Source: an uncultured Proteiniphilum sp.
GTDB lineage: Bacteria > Bacteroidota > Bacteroidia > Bacteroidales > Dysgonomonadaceae
Length of the DNA: 64,000 nt
Reading direction: 5' to 3'
Assembly: GCA_964446805.1 (NCBI GenBank)
Contig: CAYUQE010000001.1
Span: forward strand, 3,626 to 67,625
Shown: positions 19,778-28,851 of the stretch, piece after piece
Layout: each line of letters starts with the position of its first letter
Numbering within the stretch: the stretch's first letter is position 1
Made by a program: the position numbers and the translations under genes
The notes under the pieces: model-generated
The model's database searches: none
Told to the model about the DNA's origin: nothing
Seen by the model: the letters and a program-made list of their open reading frames with translations, nothing else

Positions 19778-20488
19778 TTAGTTTCCATGACAGGGATCTT
19801 CCCGTATACCGAAGTCCCATGTCAGGTAAATCATTGTAATTGAATACCAGTCGTTGTTCTTCATCAGGCTGCCCCCAATGCCGAAAGGATTCTTCAAGTT
19901 CCATTCCGGGGTATGTCTGGTCACATCGAAATCGTCTCCAAACAGTTTCCGCATTGAAAACTCAACACCGATATTCACCCTCTCTTTCATTTTATACTTG
20001 AACCCAACTCCAAAGGGTATGTTAGCGTTCAGAAACTCATTCTCTCCAGTGGCATAGGTGATACCTGCACCGACAAACAGATAGGGAGTATATGGTTTAG
20101 TCCCCAGATAAGCGTACTTATCACTGTAGGGGAAAAAGTTGAATTCCAGCTGTGTGCCCAGTTCAGCAAAGGTGCGATGAAATGCAGCCTGTTGTCCAAA
20201 GGGGAAGTTATTGCCAGATTGACCGGTGTTGCCCGATACATTTCCCGCCAGCAGGTTTGCTTTCATTGCCCAGTGGAAGCTGAGGTTGTACCTTGCTAGC
20301 AGCGCTACCGCAATTCCCGGGTTTAGGAAGAGCCTCGTTTTATTGGCATCACCCATATACACTGAACTCCCCACAGCACCTCCCATCTCATATTTATACT
20401 TCTGCGCATGAAGCGTAGGTGTGATGGTGAGAAGTAAAAACAGAACTGCTAATAAAGAGAGGTCATTTGTTTCCTTTGCCATTTTCAT
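19778..20488 (-). CDS. porG: PorG-like (DUF6089) small beta-barrel OMP of the type IX secretion system
   Basis: Signal peptide; YEMGGAVGSSVYMGDAN; FGDDFD; KNNDWY; terminal C. Position before uppS-bamA matches P. gingivalis PGN_0297. Confidence 0.75.
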   Translation of the reverse strand: MKMAKETNDLSLLAVLFLLLTITPTLHAQKYKYEMGGAVGSSVYMGDANKTRLFLNPGIAVALLARYNLSFHWAMKANLLAGNVSGNTGQSGNNFPFGQQAAFHRTFAELGTQLEFNFFPYSDKYAYLGTKPYTPYLFVGAGITYATGENEFLNANIPFGVGFKYKMKERVNIGVEFSMRKLFGDDFDVTRHTPEWNLKNPFGIGGSLMKNNDWYSITMIYLTWDFGIREDPCHGN

Positions 20489-20522
20489 CCTTTATTCCTG
20501 ATTTTGAAGGTACATACTATTG

Positions 20523-20548
20523 TAACGTAAAATCAGTGAATAAATTAT
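20523..20548 (-). promoter_or_regulatory. Putative ECF-sigma promoter upstream of porG
   Basis: ATAAT-N16-CGTTA on the minus strand. Confidence 0.35.
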
Positions 20549-20578
20549 CACAGTCATGACCAATAAGGGGCAGAGCGT

Positions 20579-21925
20579 TTAAATACCTGAATATTTATTG
20601 AGTCTTCCTCTCCATACTTCAATAAGTTGCGTCTGGGTTGCAGATATTCCGCCGAATATCCAAATATAATTATCTGCATCGGTGATAATCGATGCGTCTG
20701 TTCTTTTCGTAAACGCTGCCGGGAATAGTTGATTCGCCTCCGTTTGTATCCAGTCAAGTCCCGAGTTTTCTGAATAAAGAAGGATGTTTTTCTCCGGCGA
20801 TGTAGTCATCAGATAAGGCTTATTATCATAAAAGAAGAGGTTGCTTCCCTTCAAGGAAAAAGATAGTGGGATTCTTGAAGGAATATAAGTGATGACCCCG
20901 TTCTTTTTCTGAAGAATCCAGATCGTGTTGTTGGGTGTATTGTCCGCTTTTGTTCCTCCAGATAAAAGAATGTATTTGATGGAGAATGAATTGAGATCGT
21001 CAATTTTTGCAGCTGAGAACTCTTTTACCGGCATATTTGCAGGTAACCTGTTCATCAGGGTCATGGCAGTGAAGTCTGCCGTCTCCGCAAACTTGAGCGT
21101 GTCGTTGTGGTTTACGGCTATCAGGAATTTACCCCCTGTGGCAGAAGGTAGTTCACCATACATTGCTTTCACGCTAAAGGGAGTAGTGACAGGTTCCCAG
21201 TTAGCGCCGTCGCTCGATTGATAGACCGTTCCCATGGCCTCGTCACGCACGAAGAGTGCATTCCCTGAGCCTACCAGCGATGAAAGATCGACGGTGTGAG
21301 GCAGGCCGGTCACGTTCACCGTAGTCCAGGTTGTACCATCTGTTGCAAGTGTGGTCATGGCTTTTATCACCGTGCCTGTCTGCCAGTAGGTGATAAACAG
21401 GTTGTGGAGTGCAACGGTTGCTTGTGATTCTATCGGCTGCGGGATGTGGTTTTGTTGTCTTCTCTCCCAGCTAAGTATATAGGGGTCCTGCTGGTATATG
21501 TTCAGTTCAAACGAATATGCTTTCGTCGTTTTCCCGTCGGGGGCGGTGGTCGTTATCTTTCTCAACCTGTTCACCTTGATTGAATCTGTTTGTTTCCAGA
21601 CGAAAGTGCTGTCGGGCTCCAGTGTAAGCATCACCTGAGAAAAAGAACCGGTTGAGCTCTGCCCCCTGATGTTCAGCAACACACTGTCCACATGAAATTG
21701 AAAGGGTAATGGTTGCTTGTTGAATATTTTTCCGTTGATCTGATCAATGGTGAATTGTGTAGTGGATAGAAGGTTTGTCGTGTCGGTTCTGGAGGTCAAT
21801 GAGATTGCATAAATCTGTGCATTGGGTGAATACTCAATGTTCTCTTCTGATGAATTAAGGCAAGAGGAAAAGAGCAACAGTATCATGACAAGCAGCGATG
21901 CCAGGAGGTAATATATAGATCTCAT
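20579..21925 (-). CDS. DUF6242-like lipoprotein (Ig-like domain plus propeller) heading the bamA operon
   Basis: Lipobox LFSSC followed by acidic LNSSEE; FTIDQINGKIFN..LP; C-terminal YIWIFGG..VWRGRLN; synteny with PGN_0296-type genes. Confidence 0.75.
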   Translation of the reverse strand: MRSIYYLLASLLVMILLLFSSCLNSSEENIEYSPNAQIYAISLTSRTDTTNLLSTTQFTIDQINGKIFNKQPLPFQFHVDSVLLNIRGQSSTGSFSQVMLTLEPDSTFVWKQTDSIKVNRLRKITTTAPDGKTTKAYSFELNIYQQDPYILSWERRQQNHIPQPIESQATVALHNLFITYWQTGTVIKAMTTLATDGTTWTTVNVTGLPHTVDLSSLVGSGNALFVRDEAMGTVYQSSDGANWEPVTTPFSVKAMYGELPSATGGKFLIAVNHNDTLKFAETADFTAMTLMNRLPANMPVKEFSAAKIDDLNSFSIKYILLSGGTKADNTPNNTIWILQKKNGVITYIPSRIPLSFSLKGSNLFFYDNKPYLMTTSPEKNILLYSENSGLDWIQTEANQLFPAAFTKRTDASIITDADNYIWIFGGISATQTQLIEVWRGRLNKYSGI

Positions 21926-21962
21926 TTGTTTCAAAAATATTGTACAACACGTTTAAGTTATG

Positions 21963-21970
21963 CAAAAGTA
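21963..21970 (-). promoter_or_regulatory. sigmaA -7 element for the bamA operon
   Basis: TACTTTTG on the minus strand. Confidence 0.65.
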
Positions 21971-22007
21971 GAAAGATTTTTCGCTTTAACCATATTAAAA
22001 TGAATAT

Positions 22008-23078
22008 TTAAAGAATATTTCGACTTATTTTACTCTTTATATGAAATTGAACTGAATCTAAATATTTTTTAGTATCTGTTATTTCTCCTTGTATATCAGG
22101 TGCTTTTACTCCTGACAGTAATCTCTTCTCGGACCTCTCTACAAACGCTTCATCCCAGCATGCTGTGTCGATGAACGAGGATAACAGTTTGGCTCCCCCT
22201 TCCACTAAAAGAGAGTGGATGCCCTCCATGTAGAGTGCGTCAAGCATTTGCCTGACAGTGTCTTTGCTGAAGTCGATAACGATATGTCTGGCATGGTGAT
22301 ACAGCCATGCATTATCCGGCACTGAGGCGGTGAAAATGAGGGTGGGTGTTGTCCCGTCGAACAAAGCTGCGTCAGGCGAGATCCTGTTATCCCTGTCAAT
22401 CACGATTCGTGTGGGATGGTTACCAAACCATTTTCTAGATGTCAGCTGAGGGTTGTCGAGTATTGCGGTGTTGGTTCCCACGATGATACCCTGCACCTGG
22501 GTGCGTAACTTATGTACGATGCTGTGTGTGATGCTGTTGGATATGATGGCAGGACGTTTCTCCTCCATTGATGTGCGGTGATGATCCATGAAACCATCCC
22601 TGCTTTGCGCCCATTTGAGAAAAACAAAAGGTCTGTGATAGAGATGATTCACGAAGAAGATCCTATTCTGCTCAGCTGCTTCCTCCGCCATCATGCCTAC
22701 AGTAACATCAATGCCGCTCTTGCGCATCATTGCGATGCCCTTGCCGGCCACATGCGGATTGGGATCGGTGAGAGCTACCACCACCCGTGGTATCTTTCGG
22801 GCGATAATCAGTTCAGCACAAGGTGGTGTGTGGCCATGATGCGCGCAAGGTTCAAGCGATACATAAAGGGTTGACTGCGAAAGTAATGATGGCTCTTTGA
22901 CCGAGGCGATGGCATTCACCTCGGCATGTGCCGTTCCGTACTGCCGGTGGTAGCCTTCACCAATGATCCTGTTGTGGTGCACAATGACAGCTCCCACCAT
23001 AGGATTAGGGTTTGTAAAACCTTCCCCCTTGCGGGCCAGTTGCATACATCGCTGCATAAATATCGGATTTAGCGTCAT
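22008..23078 (-). CDS. ribD: Riboflavin biosynthesis deaminase/reductase
   Basis: PNPMVGAVIV, HAEVNA, LEPCAHHGHTPPC, LVEGG; ATG 23078 preferred. Confidence 0.96.
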   Translation of the reverse strand: MTLNPIFMQRCMQLARKGEGFTNPNPMVGAVIVHHNRIIGEGYHRQYGTAHAEVNAIASVKEPSLLSQSTLYVSLEPCAHHGHTPPCAELIIARKIPRVVVALTDPNPHVAGKGIAMMRKSGIDVTVGMMAEEAAEQNRIFFVNHLYHRPFVFLKWAQSRDGFMDHHRTSMEEKRPAIISNSITHSIVHKLRTQVQGIIVGTNTAILDNPQLTSRKWFGNHPTRIVIDRDNRISPDAALFDGTTPTLIFTASVPDNAWLYHHARHIVIDFSKDTVRQMLDALYMEGIHSLLVEGGAKLLSSFIDTACWDEAFVERSEKRLLSGVKAPDIQGEITDTKKYLDSVQFHIKSKISRNIL

Positions 23079-23084
23079 TTTAAT

Positions 23085-23092
23085 TATCTTTG
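23085..23092 (+). promoter_or_regulatory. sigmaA -7 element for prmC-recX-comF
   Basis: TATCTTTG immediately next to the ribD start codon. Confidence 0.6.
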
Positions 23093-23168
23093 TGCGGTCA
23101 TGCATCGGACTGTGCAACCGACCGACCGCTCATGTGAATCATCGTCATTCAATAGGTAAAACACTGTC

Positions 23169-24017
23169 ATGCAGCATATCAATCAATATATCAGGCAGGA
23201 ACTGAAGGAGCTATACACCCCGCCCGAGATATCAATCCTCAGCCGGCTCATTCTCGGTGAGATTGACAGCACCTCAACTGACCACCTTCCTGCAGACAAA
23301 TTTACTCATTTATCCGGTTTGAAAGCGGGTAAGCTGGAAGAAATTCTCTCCAGATTGAAAAAGAATGAGCCTTACCAGTATGTGTTCGGGAAATGTGAAT
23401 TCTATGGACTTGAATTCAGGGTAACCCCAGATGTGCTCATCCCCCGTCCTGAAACCGAGGAGCTTGTGGAGTGGGTCCTCTCTGAAAATAGCATGGCGGA
23501 CCGCTTTTTGGATATCGGAACGGGTAGCGGATGTATCGCAGTTACATTAGGTAAAAAAATCCCCGCGGCAGCGATTCATGCATGGGACATATCCGACGGT
23601 GCACTCGCGATTGCGGCTGAAAATGCAGCCTACAACGGGGTGGTCGTTCAGTTCTTAAAGCGTGATATATTACAATCGTTCAGTGCGGAGACCTCATTTG
23701 ATGTGATCGTGAGTAATCCGCCTTATGTCATGGAATCTGAAAAAGTGACCATGGAGGAGAATGTGCTTCATTTTGAGCCCCACGAAGCACTCTTTGTGCC
23801 GGATAATGATCCGCTGCTCTTTTATAGGCGTATTGCCGAAGTGGCACTGGAGATGCTTCATGAAGGAGGGAGGCTTTATTTCGAAGTCAACAGAACAAAG
23901 GGAGCGTCGATCTGTTCGATGCTGCAACAAAGAGGATATCTGGAGGTGGAATCCAGAAATGACCTCTCCGGCAATTTACGAATGATTAAGGCTGTAAAAC
24001 CGCGTGACCATGGATAA
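23169..24017 (+). CDS. prmC: Release factor glutamine methyltransferase
   Basis: VLIPRPETEELV, LDIGTGSGCIA, VSNPPY. Confidence 0.96.
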   Translation: MQHINQYIRQELKELYTPPEISILSRLILGEIDSTSTDHLPADKFTHLSGLKAGKLEEILSRLKKNEPYQYVFGKCEFYGLEFRVTPDVLIPRPETEELVEWVLSENSMADRFLDIGTGSGCIAVTLGKKIPAAAIHAWDISDGALAIAAENAAYNGVVVQFLKRDILQSFSAETSFDVIVSNPPYVMESEKVTMEENVLHFEPHEALFVPDNDPLLFYRRIAEVALEMLHEGGRLYFEVNRTKGASICSMLQQRGYLEVESRNDLSGNLRMIKAVKPRDHG

Positions 24018-24510
24018 GCCGTCAATACCAATCACCGAGGAGCAGGCTTTCGCGCGGATGGCTCGCATGTGTGCACGGAAAGAGTACTGTTGCTACGATG
24101 TGAGAAGGAAGCTTCTGAGACTGAATATTCCAGACCAGACCGTTGAGAGAATTATCGGGAGACTGTTAAAAGGTAAGTTCATTGATGAGGAGCGTTTTGC
24201 GAGGTGTTATATCCATGATAAGTTGCGCTTTAACAAGTGGGGGAGAATGAAAATTGAACGCTCACTGCGGCAAAAACAAGTGGCGGCAGGTCTGATAGCC
24301 GATCTCTTTTCTCATTTCCCCGATGGCTCCCTCAGTGAATCGCTGCTTCCTTTGCTGGAGAAGAAAAGAAAAAGTATCACTGGGAAATCGGCCTATGAGA
24401 AGAATGGCAAGCTTATCAGATATGCCCTGGGTAGAGGTTTCTCCATGAGTGAGATTATGAACTGCATGAAGAGAATGGACCTTGATGAACTCCCCAATGA
24501 GACAGATTGA
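24004..24510 (+). CDS. recX: Regulatory protein RecX
   Basis: CARKEYC, FIDEERFA, FNKWGRMKI, LGRGF. Confidence 0.9.
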   Translation: MTMDKPSIPITEEQAFARMARMCARKEYCCYDVRRKLLRLNIPDQTVERIIGRLLKGKFIDEERFARCYIHDKLRFNKWGRMKIERSLRQKQVAAGLIADLFSHFPDGSLSESLLPLLEKKRKSITGKSAYEKNGKLIRYALGRGFSMSEIMNCMKRMDLDELPNETD

Positions 24511-25192
24511 GATTTTGAATGAGTTATCCTACTTTTTCTTTCCAAACGTGTGTGCGGTATGCGGTGAAGAGTTGCTCCATGCCGAGAAGAGCATATGTCT
24601 GCGATGCCTCTATAAGCTACCAAGAACCCATAACTTCAGGGAAGAGGAGAATGCTGCCGAGAAACTGATGGCAGGGAGGATACCGTTTGAAAGGATTGCC
24701 TCCTTTTGTGTCTACACAAAGGGAGGCATGCTGCCTCCGTTGATCCATCAACTTAAATATTATCATAACCCCGCTATCGGTGTTTTGTTGGGACGTCTCT
24801 ATGGTGAGGATCTGCGCGGGAGTGATTTCCTGAAGCCGGTAGATATGATTGTTCCCGTGCCGCTACATCCCAGAAAGGAGAAGAGTCGTGGTTATAACCA
24901 GGCCGCTATGATCGCACAGGGTCTGTCGGATGCTACATCACTCCCTCTGTCTGTGGGTAATCTGGTGAGGATGGTATACAATCCCACGCAGACGAAACGT
25001 ACCCGGACACAACGGTGGGAGAACGTGAGAGATATCTTTGAAGTGAAAGAGCCAGCTACTTTTGCCGGTAAACACCTCCTGCTGGTGGATGATGTGGTCA
25101 CTACCGGTTCTACCCTCGAAGCCTGCGGCGTGGCGTTGCTCGTCTGTGAGCATGTAAAACTAAGCATTGTCACCCTCGGCGAAGTTTTTTGA
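24497..25192 (+). CDS. comF: ComF-family phosphoribosyltransferase-like protein
   Basis: N-terminal CxxC..CxxC, PVPLH..RGYNQ, LLVDDVVTTGSTL. Confidence 0.93.
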   Translation: MRQIEILNELSYFFFPNVCAVCGEELLHAEKSICLRCLYKLPRTHNFREEENAAEKLMAGRIPFERIASFCVYTKGGMLPPLIHQLKYYHNPAIGVLLGRLYGEDLRGSDFLKPVDMIVPVPLHPRKEKSRGYNQAAMIAQGLSDATSLPLSVGNLVRMVYNPTQTKRTRTQRWENVRDIFEVKEPATFAGKHLLLVDDVVTTGSTLEACGVALLVCEHVKLSIVTLGEVF

Positions 25193-25235
25193 TTACATTT
25201 TTTAGGAATTCATCGGTTATTAATTTTGAAAAATG

Positions 25236-25243
25236 TATTTTTG
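25236..25243 (+). promoter_or_regulatory. sigmaA -7 element for pyrE
   Basis: TATTTTTG upstream of pyrE. Confidence 0.6.
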
Positions 25244-25275
25244 TGATGAATATGCGAAATAGTCAATAATCAGTT

Positions 25276-25929
25276 ATGAAGACAGTAAAGAAATTAACGG
25301 CCGAGAAACTCCTCAAGATCAAAGCGATCAAGTTACAACCTACCAACCCGTTCACCTGGGCCTCCGGATGGAAATCACCCATATATTGCGACAACCGTAA
25401 GCTTATGTCGTACCCCACCACACGCAATTTCCTGAAAATTGAGTTTGCCCGCATCATCCTGGAGAAATATCCTCAGACAGATGCGATTGCAGGTGTTGCC
25501 ACGGGAGCAATCGCCCCGGGTGTGCTGGTAGCTGATCTGCTTGGATTACCTTTTGTTTATATCCGATCCACACCTAAAGATCACGGTCTGGAAAACCTGA
25601 TCGAAGGGGATCTGAAACCGAAACAGAAGGTGATTGTGATTGAGGACCTGGTCTCTACGGGTGGCAGCAGCCTGAAGGCTGTGGAGGCCATACGTCGCGA
25701 CGGATCGGATGTGCTGGGCATGCTGGCTGTTTTCACCTATGGACTACCACAAGCCGTCAAAAATCTGCATGAATCGAGGGTGGAGCTTACCACGCTCTGC
25801 GATTACGATGCAATTCTGGATGAGGCACTGCTGACGGATTATATCGATGAATCGGAACTTAAAACCTTGCAGGATTGGCGCAGAGATCCTGAAGGATGGG
25901 GTCAGACGCCTAAAAAAGAGAGGAAATGA
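25276..25929 (+). CDS. pyrE: Orotate phosphoribosyltransferase
   Basis: FTWASGWKSPIYCDNR, VIEDLVSTGGSS. Confidence 0.97.
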   Translation: MKTVKKLTAEKLLKIKAIKLQPTNPFTWASGWKSPIYCDNRKLMSYPTTRNFLKIEFARIILEKYPQTDAIAGVATGAIAPGVLVADLLGLPFVYIRSTPKDHGLENLIEGDLKPKQKVIVIEDLVSTGGSSLKAVEAIRRDGSDVLGMLAVFTYGLPQAVKNLHESRVELTTLCDYDAILDEALLTDYIDESELKTLQDWRRDPEGWGQTPKKERK

Positions 25930-26345
25930 CCGAGTTTGTAAGCGATGTAAAAACGATTCTCCATAATGCTGCCGATGTGTACCGCGTGCTCTCTGATCCG
26001 CGCAAGCTGGAGCAGGTGAAAGAAAGGATTCAGGAAGAAAAAATCAAGGACTTCACCTTTGATCAGGAGAGTATCTCCTTTCGTGTCGATCCTATAGGAG
26101 AGGTGCGTTTCCTCGTGGTGGAACGGGACCCGTATAAACTGGTGAAATTGAAGTCGGAGAAGCTGCCATTCGATCTCTTTTTGTGGATACAGCTGGTTTC
26201 TAAAGCAGAAAAAGACACAAGATTACGCATGACCCTACAGGCCGACCTGAACCCTTTTATCAAGGGGATGGTTGAAAAACCGATGAAAGAGGCAATCGAT
26301 AAAATTGCAGACGCACTTACACAGTTGCCTTACGACCGTTTATAA
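25926..26345 (+). CDS. SRPBCC-family protein
   Basis: Size and sequence (WIQL, ADLNPFIKGMV) typical of the gene coupled to pyrE in Bacteroidales. Confidence 0.8.
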   Translation: MTEFVSDVKTILHNAADVYRVLSDPRKLEQVKERIQEEKIKDFTFDQESISFRVDPIGEVRFLVVERDPYKLVKLKSEKLPFDLFLWIQLVSKAEKDTRLRMTLQADLNPFIKGMVEKPMKEAIDKIADALTQLPYDRL

Positions 26346-26391
26346 GCCGGTTGTCGATACAATTGTGTCGAGCATCTGTCAGCATTGTCCG

Positions 26392-28806
26392 CTATTTGTC
26401 GATCACTTTGAGTCGGACAGTTTCACCTTCGTTCATTGCCACTTCCACAAAGCCGTCGTCGTTCAATAATTCCTTACCGTTCATTGTCACAGCCGATGCA
26501 TATGCCGGCACCTTTAACCTGAACGTACTCGATACCTTCGCTTTAAGTGTGATGTCGGCCACTTTTTTATTGGTCCATGCTGCATCCACCTCGGCACCTC
26601 CACGTACACGCAATCCTTTAAATTCTCCCTCTGCCCAGTTGTCGGGTAGTGCAGGCAGCAGATGGATATAGCCATCCTGACTTTGGATAAGCATCTCGGC
26701 TATGCCCGCGGTGCCACCGAAGTTGCCATCAATCTGAAAGGGGGGGTGCGCACAGAACAGGTTGGGATAAGTTCCCGCCCCTCTGCGCATGCTCATCTCT
26801 GTCCCCCCCGCAGGGATCAGCAGGCTTTTCAGTAGCTTGTATGCCCTGTTTCCGTCATGCAGGCGCGCCCAAAAGTTCACCTTCCAAGCACGGGACCAGC
26901 CGGTACCTTCATCACCACGACGGTTGAGGGTGTTGCGGGCTGCTTCCGCCAGTGCGGGTGTGGTGATGGGTGATATCTGGTTAGAAGGATGCAGACCATA
27001 GAGGTGAGATACATGTCTGTGTTTGGGATCTTCCTCTTTATAATCCTCAAGCCACTCCTGCAGGTAACCTTCGTCACTGATCTGCATGGGGGGAAGCCTG
27101 GTCAGTGCCTCCTCAATAGCAGTGGTGGTCTCATCTTCAATCTCCAGTATCACTGCTGCCGAGAGGATGTTGGTGAAGAGCTCCCTGATGATCTGACCAT
27201 CCATGGTAGGGCCCATACATACATAGACGGGATCATTGCTCCCGGGAAGATAGAACCCGTTTTCGGGAGATGAGGAGGGTGCTGTCACCAACCATCCGTT
27301 GGTCGGTTCACTAATCATGCTGCTTAGAAAGTAACGTGCAGCACCAACAAGCGTGGGATAGACCGATGCAAGGTAGGTTTTATCCTGTGTGAAGGCGTAA
27401 TGTTCCCACAAATGCTCACAGAGCCATGCTCCCCCCGTGTTGGTAGCACCCCAGGAGGCATGTTCCCCTGGTGCGGTGAACCTCCAAGGATTGGTCATCA
27501 TATGGGCAACCCATCCCTCAGCACCATAAAAGGTGGAGGCAGTAGCCTCTCCCGACGGCACAAGTGCCTGCGTATAGTCGATCAGTGGCTTATGCAGCTC
27601 CGACAGGTTACACACCTCGGCAGGCCAGTAGTTCATCTGCACGTTGATGTTGAGGTGATAATCACCGTTCCATGGTGTCTGCAGCTGATTGGTCCATAGT
27701 CCCTGCAGGTTGAGGGGCATACTCCGTTCATTGGTGCCACTGATCATCAGATAGCGCCCGTATTGAAAGTAGAGTGCCGCAAAAGCAGGGTCGTCGGAGG
27801 CTTGAAAAGCGGTTAAACGTGTGTCGGTTGGGGTGATGTTGTCCTGTTTACCCAGGTTGAGTGCTACACGATCAAATTTTTTCCTGTAAGACGCAATATG
27901 CTCCTTCTTCAGCTGGCTGTAGGAGTGCTCTTTAGCCTCTGCAAGCAGACGGTCTACCGTGGAGAGATACTCCTTGTCGAGCATGTCGGTGGCGGTGGAG
28001 ATAAATATCAGCACTTCATCTGCCTCCGACACGTTCAACGACTTGCCAGATGAGGTGAGTCTCCCTCCACTCGGCACAATCTCCATCCTGGTAAAGTAGC
28101 GCACCCCGTTAACGCCGTCATGACCATCATTCAGCTGTCCTTCCATCCAGATACTGTTCTCCTTCACCGTCACTGCCGCCCGCTCAGGACGGCTTAGCTC
28201 CACCCCGAAGGAGACCGATTTTTTCTTGTCGGCCGCTATTCTTACAACCAGCAGGTCGTGACTGTGCGAAGCCAGGTACTCTCGGGTGTAGGTCGTGTTG
28301 CCCAAGCTGAATTGCGTGGTGGCCACCGCCTCGTTCAAAGAGAGGGTACGCACATAATTGCTGATGGTGTCACCCTGAGGGTAGGAGTAAGTGAGATGCA
28401 TGTCGCCCAGCAGCTGGAAGCTGCCGTAGGGGGCATCCTTGCCCTTGCCTAAAGCGGAGCCTTCACCCCCGCAACGGAAATGAGCGTACATCAGCTTCTG
28501 TGCCTCAAGATTCCTGCCGGCAAGAAGCAGCGCTTGAATTTCAGGAAGATAGCTGATGGCTTCCTGATTGAGTGCTTCACTGTCTTCGCTGCCCGACCAC
28601 ATGGTGATGTCGTTGAGTACGATATGCTCGGTGTAGACAGCACCATCCGGCATCATGCCGAGGCGTCCATTACCCAAAGGAAGGGTCTCTTCCCATGTGG
28701 CGGCAGGTGAATGATAGCGTAAAGCCAGCTCCTGCGCCCGCTGAGGCCTGTTGCAGGATAGCAACGCTGCTGCCGCGATGGCAAGAGAGAAAAATGCTCT
28801 TTTCAT
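26392..28806 (-). CDS. GH95 alpha-1,2-L-fucosidase family lipoprotein
   Basis: [42 protein letters not shown]; lipobox LLSC. Confidence 0.93.
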   Translation of the reverse strand: MKRAFFSLAIAAAALLSCNRPQRAQELALRYHSPAATWEETLPLGNGRLGMMPDGAVYTEHIVLNDITMWSGSEDSEALNQEAISYLPEIQALLLAGRNLEAQKLMYAHFRCGGEGSALGKGKDAPYGSFQLLGDMHLTYSYPQGDTISNYVRTLSLNEAVATTQFSLGNTTYTREYLASHSHDLLVVRIAADKKKSVSFGVELSRPERAAVTVKENSIWMEGQLNDGHDGVNGVRYFTRMEIVPSGGRLTSSGKSLNVSEADEVLIFISTATDMLDKEYLSTVDRLLAEAKEHSYSQLKKEHIASYRKKFDRVALNLGKQDNITPTDTRLTAFQASDDPAFAALYFQYGRYLMISGTNERSMPLNLQGLWTNQLQTPWNGDYHLNINVQMNYWPAEVCNLSELHKPLIDYTQALVPSGEATASTFYGAEGWVAHMMTNPWRFTAPGEHASWGATNTGGAWLCEHLWEHYAFTQDKTYLASVYPTLVGAARYFLSSMISEPTNGWLVTAPSSSPENGFYLPGSNDPVYVCMGPTMDGQIIRELFTNILSAAVILEIEDETTTAIEEALTRLPPMQISDEGYLQEWLEDYKEEDPKHRHVSHLYGLHPSNQISPITTPALAEAARNTLNRRGDEGTGWSRAWKVNFWARLHDGNRAYKLLKSLLIPAGGTEMSMRRGAGTYPNLFCAHPPFQIDGNFGGTAGIAEMLIQSQDGYIHLLPALPDNWAEGEFKGLRVRGGAEVDAAWTNKKVADITLKAKVSSTFRLKVPAYASAVTMNGKELLNDDGFVEVAMNEGETVRLKVIDK

Positions 28807-28851
28807 AATCCTATGGTTGTAATCAGTTAAGTGTTTCTTTACATGTAAACG

